Below are positions 20,018 through 29,250 of a stretch of DNA of 51,759 nucleotides, one piece after another. This DNA is from a virus. Taxonomy: Duplodnaviria; Caudoviricetes. The DNA lies in the IMG/VR virus record IMGVR_UViG_3300024232_000017, positions 1 through 51,759 of that record; one strand, 5' to 3'. The position numbers were made by a program, and so were the translations under genes. Every line of letters starts with the position of its first letter. Position 1 is the first letter of the stretch. The notes beneath the pieces were generated by a model, which worked only from the letters and a program-made list of their open reading frames with translations, was not told where the DNA came from and made no database searches.

Positions 20018-21847
20018 TTACTTTTGCATCCCTTGTGCAATCTGTTCTGGCTGTGGCACACTCTGCGCTTCTGCAGGTGATAGGTCGTAATCCCCGTTCT
20101 GGCCTGAGGCTGTCGCAGTGTGTGTCTGCAACATTTCTTCTAGGGCCTGAACTTGTTTCTGGGCATCAGCCTGCTCGGCAAGAGCAATGTACGGTGTAAC
20201 AACCTCGTAATCATCTAGATTGAAAGTCTTCTCAATGATCTGCGCCAGCTTAACTCCAGAGAAATGGGGTTGTACTGTCTGCCAGAGAGGAGATCCTGTG
20301 AGATTGGTCATGTTCTGAATAAGGTCTGCTTGCTCCGCAAAGTGTCTTGCGGCAACAGGCTTAATGCGACCCACACCAGTAATGTCTTCAACAGACAAAT
20401 CTTGGAATGTTGCCACCTTAAACTCGTCGTCAAACACTTTGATTGTTGCACCAGCGCTCATATTCCTACGGGCTAGCTCAAGCATTGCGTTCAGAAGAGG
20501 CTCAAGGATTTGTTCCTCGAACTGTTTAATCTTATTCTGAAATACACGTGCAGCAGCGTTTTCTAAACGTTGCACTTCGTATTTAGTCTTTTCACCAGGA
20601 GTGCGGAAACCCATTGCTTCTCGTGGAGCGCCTGCCATTTCCTCCATGAGACGTTCAAGATTTTGTATCTCGAAGTTAGCTTGCAGCGCCTGTACTTGCG
20701 GTACAACGAGGTCTACATCACCTTCTTCTGACACATAGATCTTTTCACCAGGCTGCCAGGTAAAGTCTTCAACGAAGCCTTTGACCTTTTGAACTGGATA
20801 CGTGATGAGATCGAAGACGTCAGCCTTCATATTCTCCACGTGATCCATTCTGTATTGCATTCCGACCAGGTTATCCAGAGGACCCATCCCCCACAGATTA
20901 TCCTGGCGTTTACGCCATGGAGCGTGGAAGATTGGCGGAGTCCCGAAGAAGCTTGGATTTGGCTTCTTACTCAATAGCTTATGTCTATCGACAATAGTAA
21001 AGACGTGGTTCTTATAGAATTCGTCTGTATCTCTGTTGTACAAATCTCCATAGAAAGTTAAGATTTCACAATAGTTAGAACGTAGATAGTCTCTGTACGA
21101 AGTGAAACCTTCTACAGCGTAGAGGTTATCCTTCTGTATCCATTCACCTTCGAAAGAAGAAGCCTTCTCTCTGATGTTCTTTAAGTAGTCCCAAAGCTCT
21201 TCATACTCTGCACGGTTCTCTTCTGTAGACATCCGTTGCAGCATTTCTTTAACTTCACCTAGACTAATGATCGACTTGATAATCTTAGGAGAGTTAGAGA
21301 AGTTTTCTGCTGTAGGGTTGAAGACAATATCCAAGGGCGATAAACGAACGACACCTGGCCCGATATATCCGGATTGAGTTTGAAGATTGTGCTGGGCACG
21401 TTCGTCAATCCATTGTACCGTAGCAAAACAGTTGCCATAGTCGATGTAATCGAGGACAATTTTTTCTATCTCATGCTTGAAGGATGGTTGCGAGATAACC
21501 CAACTCATGTAGTTGGTGATGGCATCCCGCTTATCTCTAGAGTTGGAATTCTTCTCATTAGCTTCCCAGATCAACCACTTCCTCTGCGGAAACATGGTAA
21601 TCATATAGTTGGCTAAGAGGTTGTCACGAATTTGACAGAGCTTAGGGATAGTTGTCTTATTCTTCCAAGGAAGCTTAGAATTCGTAGTTGATGTAGTATC
21701 TACTGCATAAACATAACGACGTACTTCTTCCCAGTCTGCAATTTTGACTGCGCGAAGTGCGTTGAACTCCATCCACATATCTGCAACACGGAGAGCTTCT
21801 TGGTCAGGCGTTAGAATGCCTTCAAGCTCTAAAACCTTACCGGTCAA
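20018..21847 (-). CDS. Portal (head-tail connector) protein
   Basis: DYIDYGNCF, WGMGPLDNL, GFRTPGEKT motifs; likely TTG start at 21847 after GGGGAGG. Confidence 0.9.
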   Translation of the reverse strand: MTGKVLELEGILTPDQEALRVADMWMEFNALRAVKIADWEEVRRYVYAVDTTSTTNSKLPWKNKTTIPKLCQIRDNLLANYMITMFPQRKWLIWEANEKNSNSRDKRDAITNYMSWVISQPSFKHEIEKIVLDYIDYGNCFATVQWIDERAQHNLQTQSGYIGPGVVRLSPLDIVFNPTAENFSNSPKIIKSIISLGEVKEMLQRMSTEENRAEYEELWDYLKNIREKASSFEGEWIQKDNLYAVEGFTSYRDYLRSNYCEILTFYGDLYNRDTDEFYKNHVFTIVDRHKLLSKKPNPSFFGTPPIFHAPWRKRQDNLWGMGPLDNLVGMQYRMDHVENMKADVFDLITYPVQKVKGFVEDFTWQPGEKIYVSEEGDVDLVVPQVQALQANFEIQNLERLMEEMAGAPREAMGFRTPGEKTKYEVQRLENAAARVFQNKIKQFEEQILEPLLNAMLELARRNMSAGATIKVFDDEFKVATFQDLSVEDITGVGRIKPVAARHFAEQADLIQNMTNLTGSPLWQTVQPHFSGVKLAQIIEKTFNLDDYEVVTPYIALAEQADAQKQVQALEEMLQTHTATASGQNGDYDLSPAEAQSVPQPEQIAQGMQK

Positions 21848-23403
21848 GCGACGCCTCCCCACCTGCTGTGATATTCAAATCCATTAGAATTGTTTTCTTT
21901 CTTAATAAACATAAAATTAGTTGGAGGTACTGCAAAATCTACTGCAGAAGCTAGTGCATCTTTGATATCGTCATGTGGAGGATTAGCAAAGACAAGCTCT
22001 TCTTCTAAAGCTTGGCTGTAACCGCCAACATAGTGCCAAATCTGATGGTTGGCATATTTAGGTTCCAAAGTAGCTAGAATACGTTCCTCTTTGGCACCTT
22101 GCCAACGAGAAGGACGGTATTCGTCTACTGCCAAGGATAATCCGTAAGGTCTAATATAGTTGTCTTTTAGATCTTTTACGATTACCGCTTGCGCGACGCT
22201 TACTTCGGCTCTTATTCTTCGGAAGCCCCATTTTGTATACAACTTTAATATTCTATCGAAATACTCGGAAATTTTATCGGTTTTAAATCTGTCAATGTCC
22301 AGAATATAATAATCGCCAGAACCGTTGACACCAACAACGACAATACAACTGCTATCGCTTCTTTTCCCCGTGGAATAGGCAAAGTCTACTGCTGCGACTA
22401 CGTTTAGTCGCTCCCCTTTGAAGAACCAACGGCCATCTCTTTGGCCGAGGTGTCCTTGGTCGTAGTATTGAAATAAGTCCCGTTTAATGGGGGACGAATC
22501 GACGTCGTGCGGATCGTTATAGTATTGTGCCCGGAAGTGTATTTTATTAGTGTACTGTGCTCTCTTTTTAGCCAGGATCTTATCGTCGAAGCCGAACCAC
22601 TTCCCATCCGATCTCTGTTGTAGAGGCCAGATGAATTCTCCGGTACCGTCTCCACTAGACTCGACTTGTCTTTCAAAAACCTCGAAAAGAGGAATGGCAT
22701 TTTTAACGCTGCCCACTTCATCGTATTCTTCAATCTCCATCTCTATTAGTCTAGAGTATTGGTCTTTAGGGTGATATCTCGTACCGACGAGCCATTCTCT
22801 TGCATTGGCTGTTTCAATGGACGAGAGGAGACCATATTGGTCTGCTACTTTTTCTCTTCCCTCTTCCGTGTAAGCATTGCCTTGAACGACCACGTCATCA
22901 AGTACAGCAATGTCACAATGCATCCCGACGATATTAGAAGTAAGACCTGCAACAAAGATGCTGGGATCCCGGATTGATTCATCTTTTCTCTTTGGATGAT
23001 CTACTGAGATTTCTCTCTCAGTCCACTTCTCACGCTTCTGATCATCCTTTTCGATCATCTCCGGCCAATATAGGCGGTAGGCGTCACAGGTGAGAATATC
23101 TTTAATAAACTTAAGTTGCTTGACGGCTAAGTTAGACGTACTCGATATATATAATACTCTTAACGTAGGGTCTTTAGTTAGTTCCCAAGCAACTCTGTAA
23201 GCAATTAGCGCTGACTTCATATGGTCGCGCGGTAGTAGTAATAGTTGATGCGACTTTGCATCTTGTCTGCACCACCATCCAATAACTTCTCTGTGGATGT
23301 TACCGAGCAGACGTTTGGGGTGGACTAAGTTAATAAAGGATTCTAGGGAAGCTTCAGCTTGTCTTCGACGTTCTTGTCGAACATCGGCAGTTATTTTAGA
23401 CAT
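21844..23403 (-). CDS. terL: Terminase large subunit
   Basis: PRDHMKS Walker A, IAVLDD Walker B, GTRYH, AVDFA and HDDIKDALA nuclease motifs. Confidence 0.95.
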   Translation of the reverse strand: MSKITADVRQERRRQAEASLESFINLVHPKRLLGNIHREVIGWWCRQDAKSHQLLLLPRDHMKSALIAYRVAWELTKDPTLRVLYISSTSNLAVKQLKFIKDILTCDAYRLYWPEMIEKDDQKREKWTEREISVDHPKRKDESIRDPSIFVAGLTSNIVGMHCDIAVLDDVVVQGNAYTEEGREKVADQYGLLSSIETANAREWLVGTRYHPKDQYSRLIEMEIEEYDEVGSVKNAIPLFEVFERQVESSGDGTGEFIWPLQQRSDGKWFGFDDKILAKKRAQYTNKIHFRAQYYNDPHDVDSSPIKRDLFQYYDQGHLGQRDGRWFFKGERLNVVAAVDFAYSTGKRSDSSCIVVVGVNGSGDYYILDIDRFKTDKISEYFDRILKLYTKWGFRRIRAEVSVAQAVIVKDLKDNYIRPYGLSLAVDEYRPSRWQGAKEERILATLEPKYANHQIWHYVGGYSQALEEELVFANPPHDDIKDALASAVDFAVPPTNFMFIKKENNSNGFEYHSRWGGVA

Positions 23404-23429
23404 TTATTCTTTCTTACTTAAATTCATAA

Positions 23430-24455
23430 CTACCTTCTGAAAGTCCTAAATATTGGAAGTCCGTAAGCTTTAACGTTTCTGCGTTCAAATCTATTGAAAG
23501 GTCTAGCAATAATACCTGAAGCAGTTGCTGTTAATGAACCAACCTGACCGGTGCCTTCTACGCCAGTTAGATTGACATTTACCGATACGCCTGTAACTGT
23601 GACAACAGTTATTGTGCCTACTGCACCAGAACCACTGACACCTGTTAGTACGGCGGTAGCCTTGGCAGCTACGGCAACATCACCAGCAGCACCTGAACCT
23701 TGTGCACCAGTAATGGTGACACTGGCTTTTCCACTGACTGTAGGTGTTCCTGCAGTGCCAGTTCCGCTAACTCCCGTTGGGGTTACATTAGCTTTACCAG
23801 AAATAGTAACAGTGTTTACCTGACCTGTGCCTGCAACACCAGTAAGTGTTACGTTTGCTTTGGCAGCAACGGTCAGAGAACCAACTTGGCCAGTACCTGA
23901 GACCCCTGTAAGAGGAACAGATACAATGCTTCCTGCAGTTAATGTACCTACTTGTCCAGTGCCACTAACTCCAGTAAGAGTTACGTTAGCCTTGCCTGTG
24001 ACGGTAGGAGTCCCTACTTGGCCTGTACCGGAGACGCCGGTGACATTTGCAGTAGCTTTTGCAGCTACAGTTAATGTTACGATTGCACCAGTACCTTGAA
24101 CGCCAGTTAGTGTGACGTTGCCAATGCCGGTTACACTGAAAGTACCAACTTGTCCTATGCCAGCTACACCTGTCGGAGTAACATTAGCCTTGCCGGTGAC
24201 AGTTACAACACCTGCTTGACCAGTGCCATTGACACTAGTAATAGAAACAGGAGCTTTACCACTTACGGTTATAGTACCGACATTGCCAGTACCACTTACG
24301 TCTGTAAGGGTAACATTACCAATACCTGTTACAGTAAAGGTTCCTGCAGAACCTGTGCCTGAGACGCCGGTTAGGTTGACATTTACAGCGCCTGTAGCGG
24401 CAACTGTATATTCACCTAAGCCAAATTCGCCAATTGAACCAAAGCCCAAAGACAT
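23430..24455 (-). CDS. Thr/Gly/Val-rich repeat structural protein (about 13 x 22-aa repeats)
   Basis: Repeat ANVTLTGVSGTGQVGTLTVTGK. Confidence 0.75.
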   Translation of the reverse strand: MSLGFGSIGEFGLGEYTVAATGAVNVNLTGVSGTGSAGTFTVTGIGNVTLTDVSGTGNVGTITVSGKAPVSITSVNGTGQAGVVTVTGKANVTPTGVAGIGQVGTFSVTGIGNVTLTGVQGTGAIVTLTVAAKATANVTGVSGTGQVGTPTVTGKANVTLTGVSGTGQVGTLTAGSIVSVPLTGVSGTGQVGSLTVAAKANVTLTGVAGTGQVNTVTISGKANVTPTGVSGTGTAGTPTVSGKASVTITGAQGSGAAGDVAVAAKATAVLTGVSGSGAVGTITVVTVTGVSVNVNLTGVEGTGQVGSLTATASGIIARPFNRFERRNVKAYGLPIFRTFRR

Positions 24456-24459
24456 GGAC

Positions 24460-25080
24460 TTATCCTAGTTCAGCAGGCCAAATAGCCTTCAGGGCCTCCG
24501 GGGTTTCTGCGGCTTCTATTTCAGGAATAGCCGTAATATCTCGAAGAACTTGTTTCTGTTCTACTATGGTGGTTTTTAATTGTGTATCGGCAGTTTCGTC
24601 TGCTTTAAGATACTGCGTGTCTAGATCTGCCAGAATCGGCGCTCTAGCTTCCCGCATCTTATCTCGCCAGATATCGCGAGCTTTAACCATGTCTACATCA
24701 ATCTTAGTGCCTGTATCTATCCATGCACCTCGAAAAGTATAGTCATTCATAAGTTCTTTTCTCACGATAGGTCTACTACCAACAATCCTAACTTGAAGAT
24801 CAGGATGGAGTTTAGCGAGAATGTCCTTATCAAATTCTGGAAAAACTAAAGTATAACCTGGTAAAGTATCGCTAGCCAAATCACTCACATCTGTAGAGTC
24901 ATCGCCAACATCAATCTCTTCACCTAGCCCATTAGCCCAGCCACCATAGAGATAACAACGTCCTTTTCGACGACGTACTCCTAAAACCTTAAATTCCAGA
25001 CTGTCTTCACGAATAATTTTAATTGGAATGGTTGCCCAAACACCAACACTTCCATCATCATTAGTGTGTAAATATCTCAT
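24460..25080 (-). CDS. Tail fibre assembly chaperone-like protein
   Basis: FRGAW...DMVKARDIWRDKMREAR...KQVLRDIT...LKAIWP C-terminus. Confidence 0.7.
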   Translation of the reverse strand: MRYLHTNDDGSVGVWATIPIKIIREDSLEFKVLGVRRRKGRCYLYGGWANGLGEEIDVGDDSTDVSDLASDTLPGYTLVFPEFDKDILAKLHPDLQVRIVGSRPIVRKELMNDYTFRGAWIDTGTKIDVDMVKARDIWRDKMREARAPILADLDTQYLKADETADTQLKTTIVEQKQVLRDITAIPEIEAAETPEALKAIWPAELG

Positions 25081-26123
25081 TGATCACCAAACCCTACAGA
25101 ATTCCAATCTGAAGTCGGATCAAGACCGCTACCTGCTTCAACAACTGCATTCATGATGTAGCTTCCAGCAGCTTTTGTCATTACGGTATCGCTAAGACCA
25201 AGTGTTGTGCTCGTGTCACCGACTGTGACTAGAACACAGTAATTTGCTGAACTAAAGTCTGTGGCAATGGTAACAGTCTGTTGACCTGTGGCAGTATCCC
25301 CCAACGAAGTTACGTTGTAACTTGCTTTAATTGTTGTTGAGTTCGGAGTACCGCAGACCCATACTTTTGCTGCTGAAGGATGAAACTGTTGATAGAAAGG
25401 AGCCGTAAAGACTGCTGCAGTACTACCACCTTCTTGTTCTAATTGTCCTGCCGCTCTATTGCCTCCAGCTAGGACAGTCCAACGTGAAAGTGTAGTATCG
25501 TAGAAAAGAATGGCAGCACCCTTTGGAACTAATTCTACACCTGTTCCCCAATTCGAAACAAATCTATTTGCTGCAGTAGAGCTTGCACTTTCTTCTACTA
25601 AGAAGATAGAAAAGCTAGACCCAGTGTTGATTACAAAAATTGTCTGTCCTGAAACTCCGGCTGTAAGACCTGTAATTGATCTTACGGCATCTGAATTGAT
25701 ACGAAGAACGTTAGCTGTAGCTAATCCAGAAGGATTATAATTATTTTGATCTGCAGTGATCTGCGCAGGAGAAATAATACCTTGTAGGAGAATGTCCTCA
25801 TTAAACGTACCTACATCCTCTTTGGCATAAATAACACGTACCGTAGCTCCACCAGAAAGGTTAATCTTGGTGGTGCCTGATGTACCTGCAATCTTAGAAA
25901 TCAGAACTGTAGCTCTAGTGAGAGTAGTTCCGGAAGAAGTATATACTCCAGTACCTATTTCAAAGTCTGTACCGTCTTCGATACAGTAAGTGACTGTTGC
26001 AGCATCGGCAACACCAGCTTCGGCAAATGTGGTGAAGGCATTACTCGACGCAGAGCCGAGCGTCATCGTGCCCGTACCTGTAGTCGCGGTATTAACCTTA
26101 ACTCGATTACCAAAAACTGACAT
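25077..26123 (-). CDS. Tail fibre / virion appendage protein
   Basis: NRVKVNTATTGTGTMTLG N-terminus; AKVWV...ASYNVTSLGDTATG C-terminal fibre domain. Confidence 0.7.
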   Translation of the reverse strand: MSVFGNRVKVNTATTGTGTMTLGSASSNAFTTFAEAGVADAATVTYCIEDGTDFEIGTGVYTSSGTTLTRATVLISKIAGTSGTTKINLSGGATVRVIYAKEDVGTFNEDILLQGIISPAQITADQNNYNPSGLATANVLRINSDAVRSITGLTAGVSGQTIFVINTGSSFSIFLVEESASSTAANRFVSNWGTGVELVPKGAAILFYDTTLSRWTVLAGGNRAAGQLEQEGGSTAAVFTAPFYQQFHPSAAKVWVCGTPNSTTIKASYNVTSLGDTATGQQTVTIATDFSSANYCVLVTVGDTSTTLGLSDTVMTKAAGSYIMNAVVEAGSGLDPTSDWNSVGFGDQ

Positions 26124-26125
26124 GT

Positions 26126-26770
26126 TTAGGCGAAGCGAAGAATTGCGTTGGAACTATCGGCAGTTGGAAAGATGATGGTGAAATCACCAGCAGTAGAAGT
26201 CTTATCTGCGCCGAAGTCATGGACTGAGACAGCTAGATTGAGACCGGCATACGAATTATAGATCAGACAACCACGGGCAGTAACTGTTGCTGTGGTGAAG
26301 ACTAAGTCTGCGAAATCCATCCACGCTGTCGTGGTAGTGATGCTAGGCATCGAAGCAGAGAAGGTCAGAGCGGAACCGCCTGCAGAGTAACCAGTGCCTG
26401 AAGTTTCGTTGGTAGCACTATAGGCTGTAGTGGTAGCATCCATCGTTGCTGAGGATGTATACATCGCCAGTTTAAAGGAAGCAGCCTGAGGATTAGTAAA
26501 CGTCAGTGTACCGCCAGAGATCGAGCCAGTAGCTGCGACTGTGGAAGTAAACGCTGTAGCCGAGACGATATCTCTGACTGCGGAGTTTGCACCAACGTTA
26601 GTTCCTGTGAAAGTCATTCCAGGGATAATATCAACCATAGAAGACACAGAGGTATAGTTAACTGACGAGGATGAAGAGCCTGTAACGTTAAATGTAGATG
26701 AAGTGAAGCAATGCTTACCTTTCCAAGATTCTTTCTTGAAAGAGGAGCACATTGCGGTGGTAATTGCCAT
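26126..26770 (-). CDS. Virion structural protein
   Basis: MAITTAMCSSFK...FKLAMY...DFGADKTSTAGDFTIIFP pattern typical of phage structural proteins. Confidence 0.7.
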   Translation of the reverse strand: MAITTAMCSSFKKESWKGKHCFTSSTFNVTGSSSSSVNYTSVSSMVDIIPGMTFTGTNVGANSAVRDIVSATAFTSTVAATGSISGGTLTFTNPQAASFKLAMYTSSATMDATTTAYSATNETSGTGYSAGGSALTFSASMPSITTTTAWMDFADLVFTTATVTARGCLIYNSYAGLNLAVSVHDFGADKTSTAGDFTIIFPTADSSNAILRFA

Positions 26771-26774
26771 GTGT

Positions 26775-27068
26775 TTAGATCCTTAAAATAATGTCGGCTA
26801 CTTCAGGATATCCTGCGCCGCGTAGATTGTTGTAGAGGGTTGTACGATCAGACTTAATTGCCTGATGCATATAAGAAATTAGAATAGGTCTAATCTGTTC
26901 CTTGAACATATGAACCTGTTCTTTGAGGGCAGGAGTAGCTGTATCAGCGACATGAATAAGTTTCCTTAACGTCATGTCTGCTAGTTCTTCAACGTTTAAA
27001 CCTCTATTTGAGGTAGTATAAGCTTTAACATCACCTACTTGGCCTGTACCGTCTACGCTAATTGTCAT
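26775..27068 (-). CDS. Conserved phage hypothetical protein
   Basis: TTSNRG..EELA...SDRTT pattern; packed in cassette. Confidence 0.65.
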   Translation of the reverse strand: MTISVDGTGQVGDVKAYTTSNRGLNVEELADMTLRKLIHVADTATPALKEQVHMFKEQIRPILISYMHQAIKSDRTTLYNNLRGAGYPEVADIILRI

Positions 27069-27370
27069 TGGTGTGGTCTACCTTTGCTCATGAATTTCTT
27101 TTTGAATTCTTCTAGTTCTGCCATTTCTTTGTCCTTAGAAGCATTTCTTATGCGGATTTCCCAAAGATTGTTGTTGACAGTATTGAAACGTTGATCGTCG
27201 TGTTGTTCGTGGTATTCTAGTTTCTGTAGAACATTAGCCTCTACTCTTCCAATTTCTTGGTGTATAAGTTTTCTGACACCAGTAAACTGAGAAGCCATGA
27301 ACCAAGATAAACTACTACCAAAGAGTAGTAGAGATGCTGGTATGACTAATGCACTGAGAATAGTTTCCAT
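27065..27370 (-). CDS. Membrane-anchored coiled-coil protein
   Basis: N-terminal TM; likely ATG at 27370. Confidence 0.6.
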   Translation of the reverse strand: METILSALVIPASLLLFGSSLSWFMASQFTGVRKLIHQEIGRVEANVLQKLEYHEQHDDQRFNTVNNNLWEIRIRNASKDKEMAELEEFKKKFMSKGRPHQ

Positions 27371-27374
27371 TTCG

Positions 27375-27653
27375 TTAAAGAGCACCGGAAACTACAGTGA
27401 CCTTCTGTCCAGAGTTCTCTTTGTAAGGGGATACTTGGACATACAAAGAACCATCTGGTGCTCTCATAGGTACTAGGGTACCTGGAGAATTAGTTACATA
27501 CATTGCACCGCAAGGGTGTGTAGCACCCTTAACGCCTCCTCCTGCAGGATGTATTACATTAAGAGAACCGTTGGCAGCGTAAGCTCCTGTAATAGAAGCT
27601 CCGTTGACTACGGTTACATTAATAGATCCATCTGCAGCGTGTAATCCAGCCAT
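27375..27653 (-). CDS. Hypothetical protein with ADGSINV-type repeats
   Basis: AADGSINV / AANGSLNV / APDGSLYV repeats. Confidence 0.65.
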   Translation of the reverse strand: MAGLHAADGSINVTVVNGASITGAYAANGSLNVIHPAGGGVKGATHPCGAMYVTNSPGTLVPMRAPDGSLYVQVSPYKENSGQKVTVVSGAL

Positions 27654-27658
27654 AGTTA

Positions 27659-27808
27659 TTAGACAGACTCAGGAGCTAAAGAAAAAGCAACAGAGACTGC
27701 TGCTAAAGGGATTACTAGATTAGTTGCTACGGAGAAAGCAAGGAAGACACAACAGGCTGTTAAGCATACCCAAGCACCTATAAACTTAACTAATTTCATT
27801 GGATTCAT
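27659..27808 (-). CDS. Small hydrophobic protein (49 aa)
   Basis: ATG-TAA ORF filling the gap; hydrophobic. Confidence 0.4.
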   Translation of the reverse strand: MNPMKLVKFIGAWVCLTACCVFLAFSVATNLVIPLAAVSVAFSLAPESV

Positions 27809-27814
27809 GGTTCT

Positions 27815-28087
27815 CTATCTTTTCTTCAGTTTACTTAGATTAGTTTTCTTGTTATAACTATATTCAGAAGGCTTATGCTTACCCTTAGAGTATTTAGAAG
27901 CTCTGTCTTTTGCTCTAGCACTAGGAGACATAGCATTTCTCTTCTTACCTTTAGTAGTAAGCTGTTCACTACCCTTCTTTAAGATACCTCTCTTTTGCAA
28001 TACACTTTGAGCAATAGCATAAGCAGAGGAAGTACTCTTCCCCTTAGCTTTAAGCTGAGAGACTAGTCTTTCTAAGATCTTAGGCAA
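27815..28087 (-). CDS. Highly basic small protein, first gene of late arm
   Basis: Lys-rich, TTG start, downstream of consensus promoter. Confidence 0.65.
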   Translation of the reverse strand: MPKILERLVSQLKAKGKSTSSAYAIAQSVLQKRGILKKGSEQLTTKGKKRNAMSPSARAKDRASKYSKGKHKPSEYSYNKKTNLSKLKKR

Positions 28088-28116
28088 ATTAGATATCTTT
28101 AGGTGAAAACAGCAAT

Positions 28117-28145
28117 ATTATAGACGAAAGTATGAAATATGTCAA
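28117..28145 (-). promoter_or_regulatory. Consensus sigma70 promoter facing the structural arm
   Basis: Minus strand TTGACA (28145-28140), 17 nt spacer, TATAAT (28122-28117). Confidence 0.85.
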
Positions 28146-28187
28146 TTTCTCATTTAAATGACCGTGGGTGCGTTATTTTCAAAAGAA

Positions 28188-28256
28188 GCTACCACCCTAC
28201 CACCCCACCCCTCAAAACGCACCAGTGACGCTTAAAACGCGAATACGGGGCATTCT
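28188..28256. repeat. ~70 bp dispersed element, copy 1 (copy 2 at 39577-39645)
   Basis: GCTACC..CTACC, AAACGCACCAGTG and GGCATT blocks with conserved spacing. Confidence 0.7.
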
Positions 28257-28277
28257 ATTAGCGATGGAGCATCAATT

Positions 28278-28427
28278 TTGGAAGAAGTAACAAAAATCGA
28301 GGAAAAACGGTATTTATGGGATTTGAAACTAAAAGATGGTTTTATACATCAAGTACGGTTAACTAATGCTGAAGAGAAAGAACTTAAGACTAGGTTTAAA
28401 TCTATTAAATGGATAAAGAAACATTAA
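28278..28427 (+). CDS. Possible small protein (49 aa)
   Basis: TTG after GGAG; MEEVTKIEEKRYLW... Confidence 0.35.
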   Translation: MEEVTKIEEKRYLWDLKLKDGFIHQVRLTNAEEKELKTRFKSIKWIKKH

Positions 28428-28551
28428 AAAAATTCCTAGATATTTTGAAGGTGTAGTTCTCTCCTGCCTTGAGGCCCCCCGGCCCCCTGCTAGGCCCTGG
28501 GGATGATGCGGTGCAGCATAAAACTTTACACTTGTACATGACGTGTACACT

Positions 28552-28680
28552 AAGAGCCTAGGATACTTAACCTAAGGGATACGTTAAGATACCTAGGCTT
28601 ATTAACCTAGTGTACCTAGGACAGATTACCTAGGGATATATCCTTAGTATCTTAGGCTTATAATCCATAGTATACCTATT
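28552..28680. repeat. CCTAGG/CTTAG-rich low-complexity tract (possible genome end or origin region)
   Basis: Several CCTAGG, CCTAAG, CTTAG units in the non-coding gap between divergent arms. Confidence 0.55.
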
Positions 28681-29250
28681 GGTGCGCTCCGCTGATGCAC
28701 CCATCAATTTAATTGATAGCCTCATCAAATAGATTTATCTATAGCTTTAGATAACGAAATGTTATGGTGCATAACTGTTTGTTATGCGTCTATAACAGGG
28801 TCTAATGGCCAGGGAATACGGCTCTAAGTATGCCCAACATTGCGCCCATGATCCTAGTGGGCAGGATAGTGGGCAATTCAGGGTTGCCTTAGTGCAAAAG
28901 CCATGCCAAGCTGATAATAGAAGGCAATCACGTTGTTGTGATTGGAATGAAGGAACGATCTCTGATCTAAGTGGTTGCTCTACTGCCGATTGACTATCCG
29001 CCGCCTTGGCGCGGCACTGAGATAGCCGGGTATGGGAATGGGTCCGAACGCGGGACCGTTGATCGCGGGCTGTTTGACATTGTGAGCCATGCCTTTCCCG
29101 CCTGTTTAGGGATTGTGCGAATAGCTGGCCGTAATGCCGCTGCTAATGCAGGGACACAAAGCAAAGCTATTCAGCAATGATTGCATCATGCGACCTATCA
29201 TCACGGTAGGCCGCAAGGCTGCAATCAGGCAGCAATAGGAGTGCTTAGCT

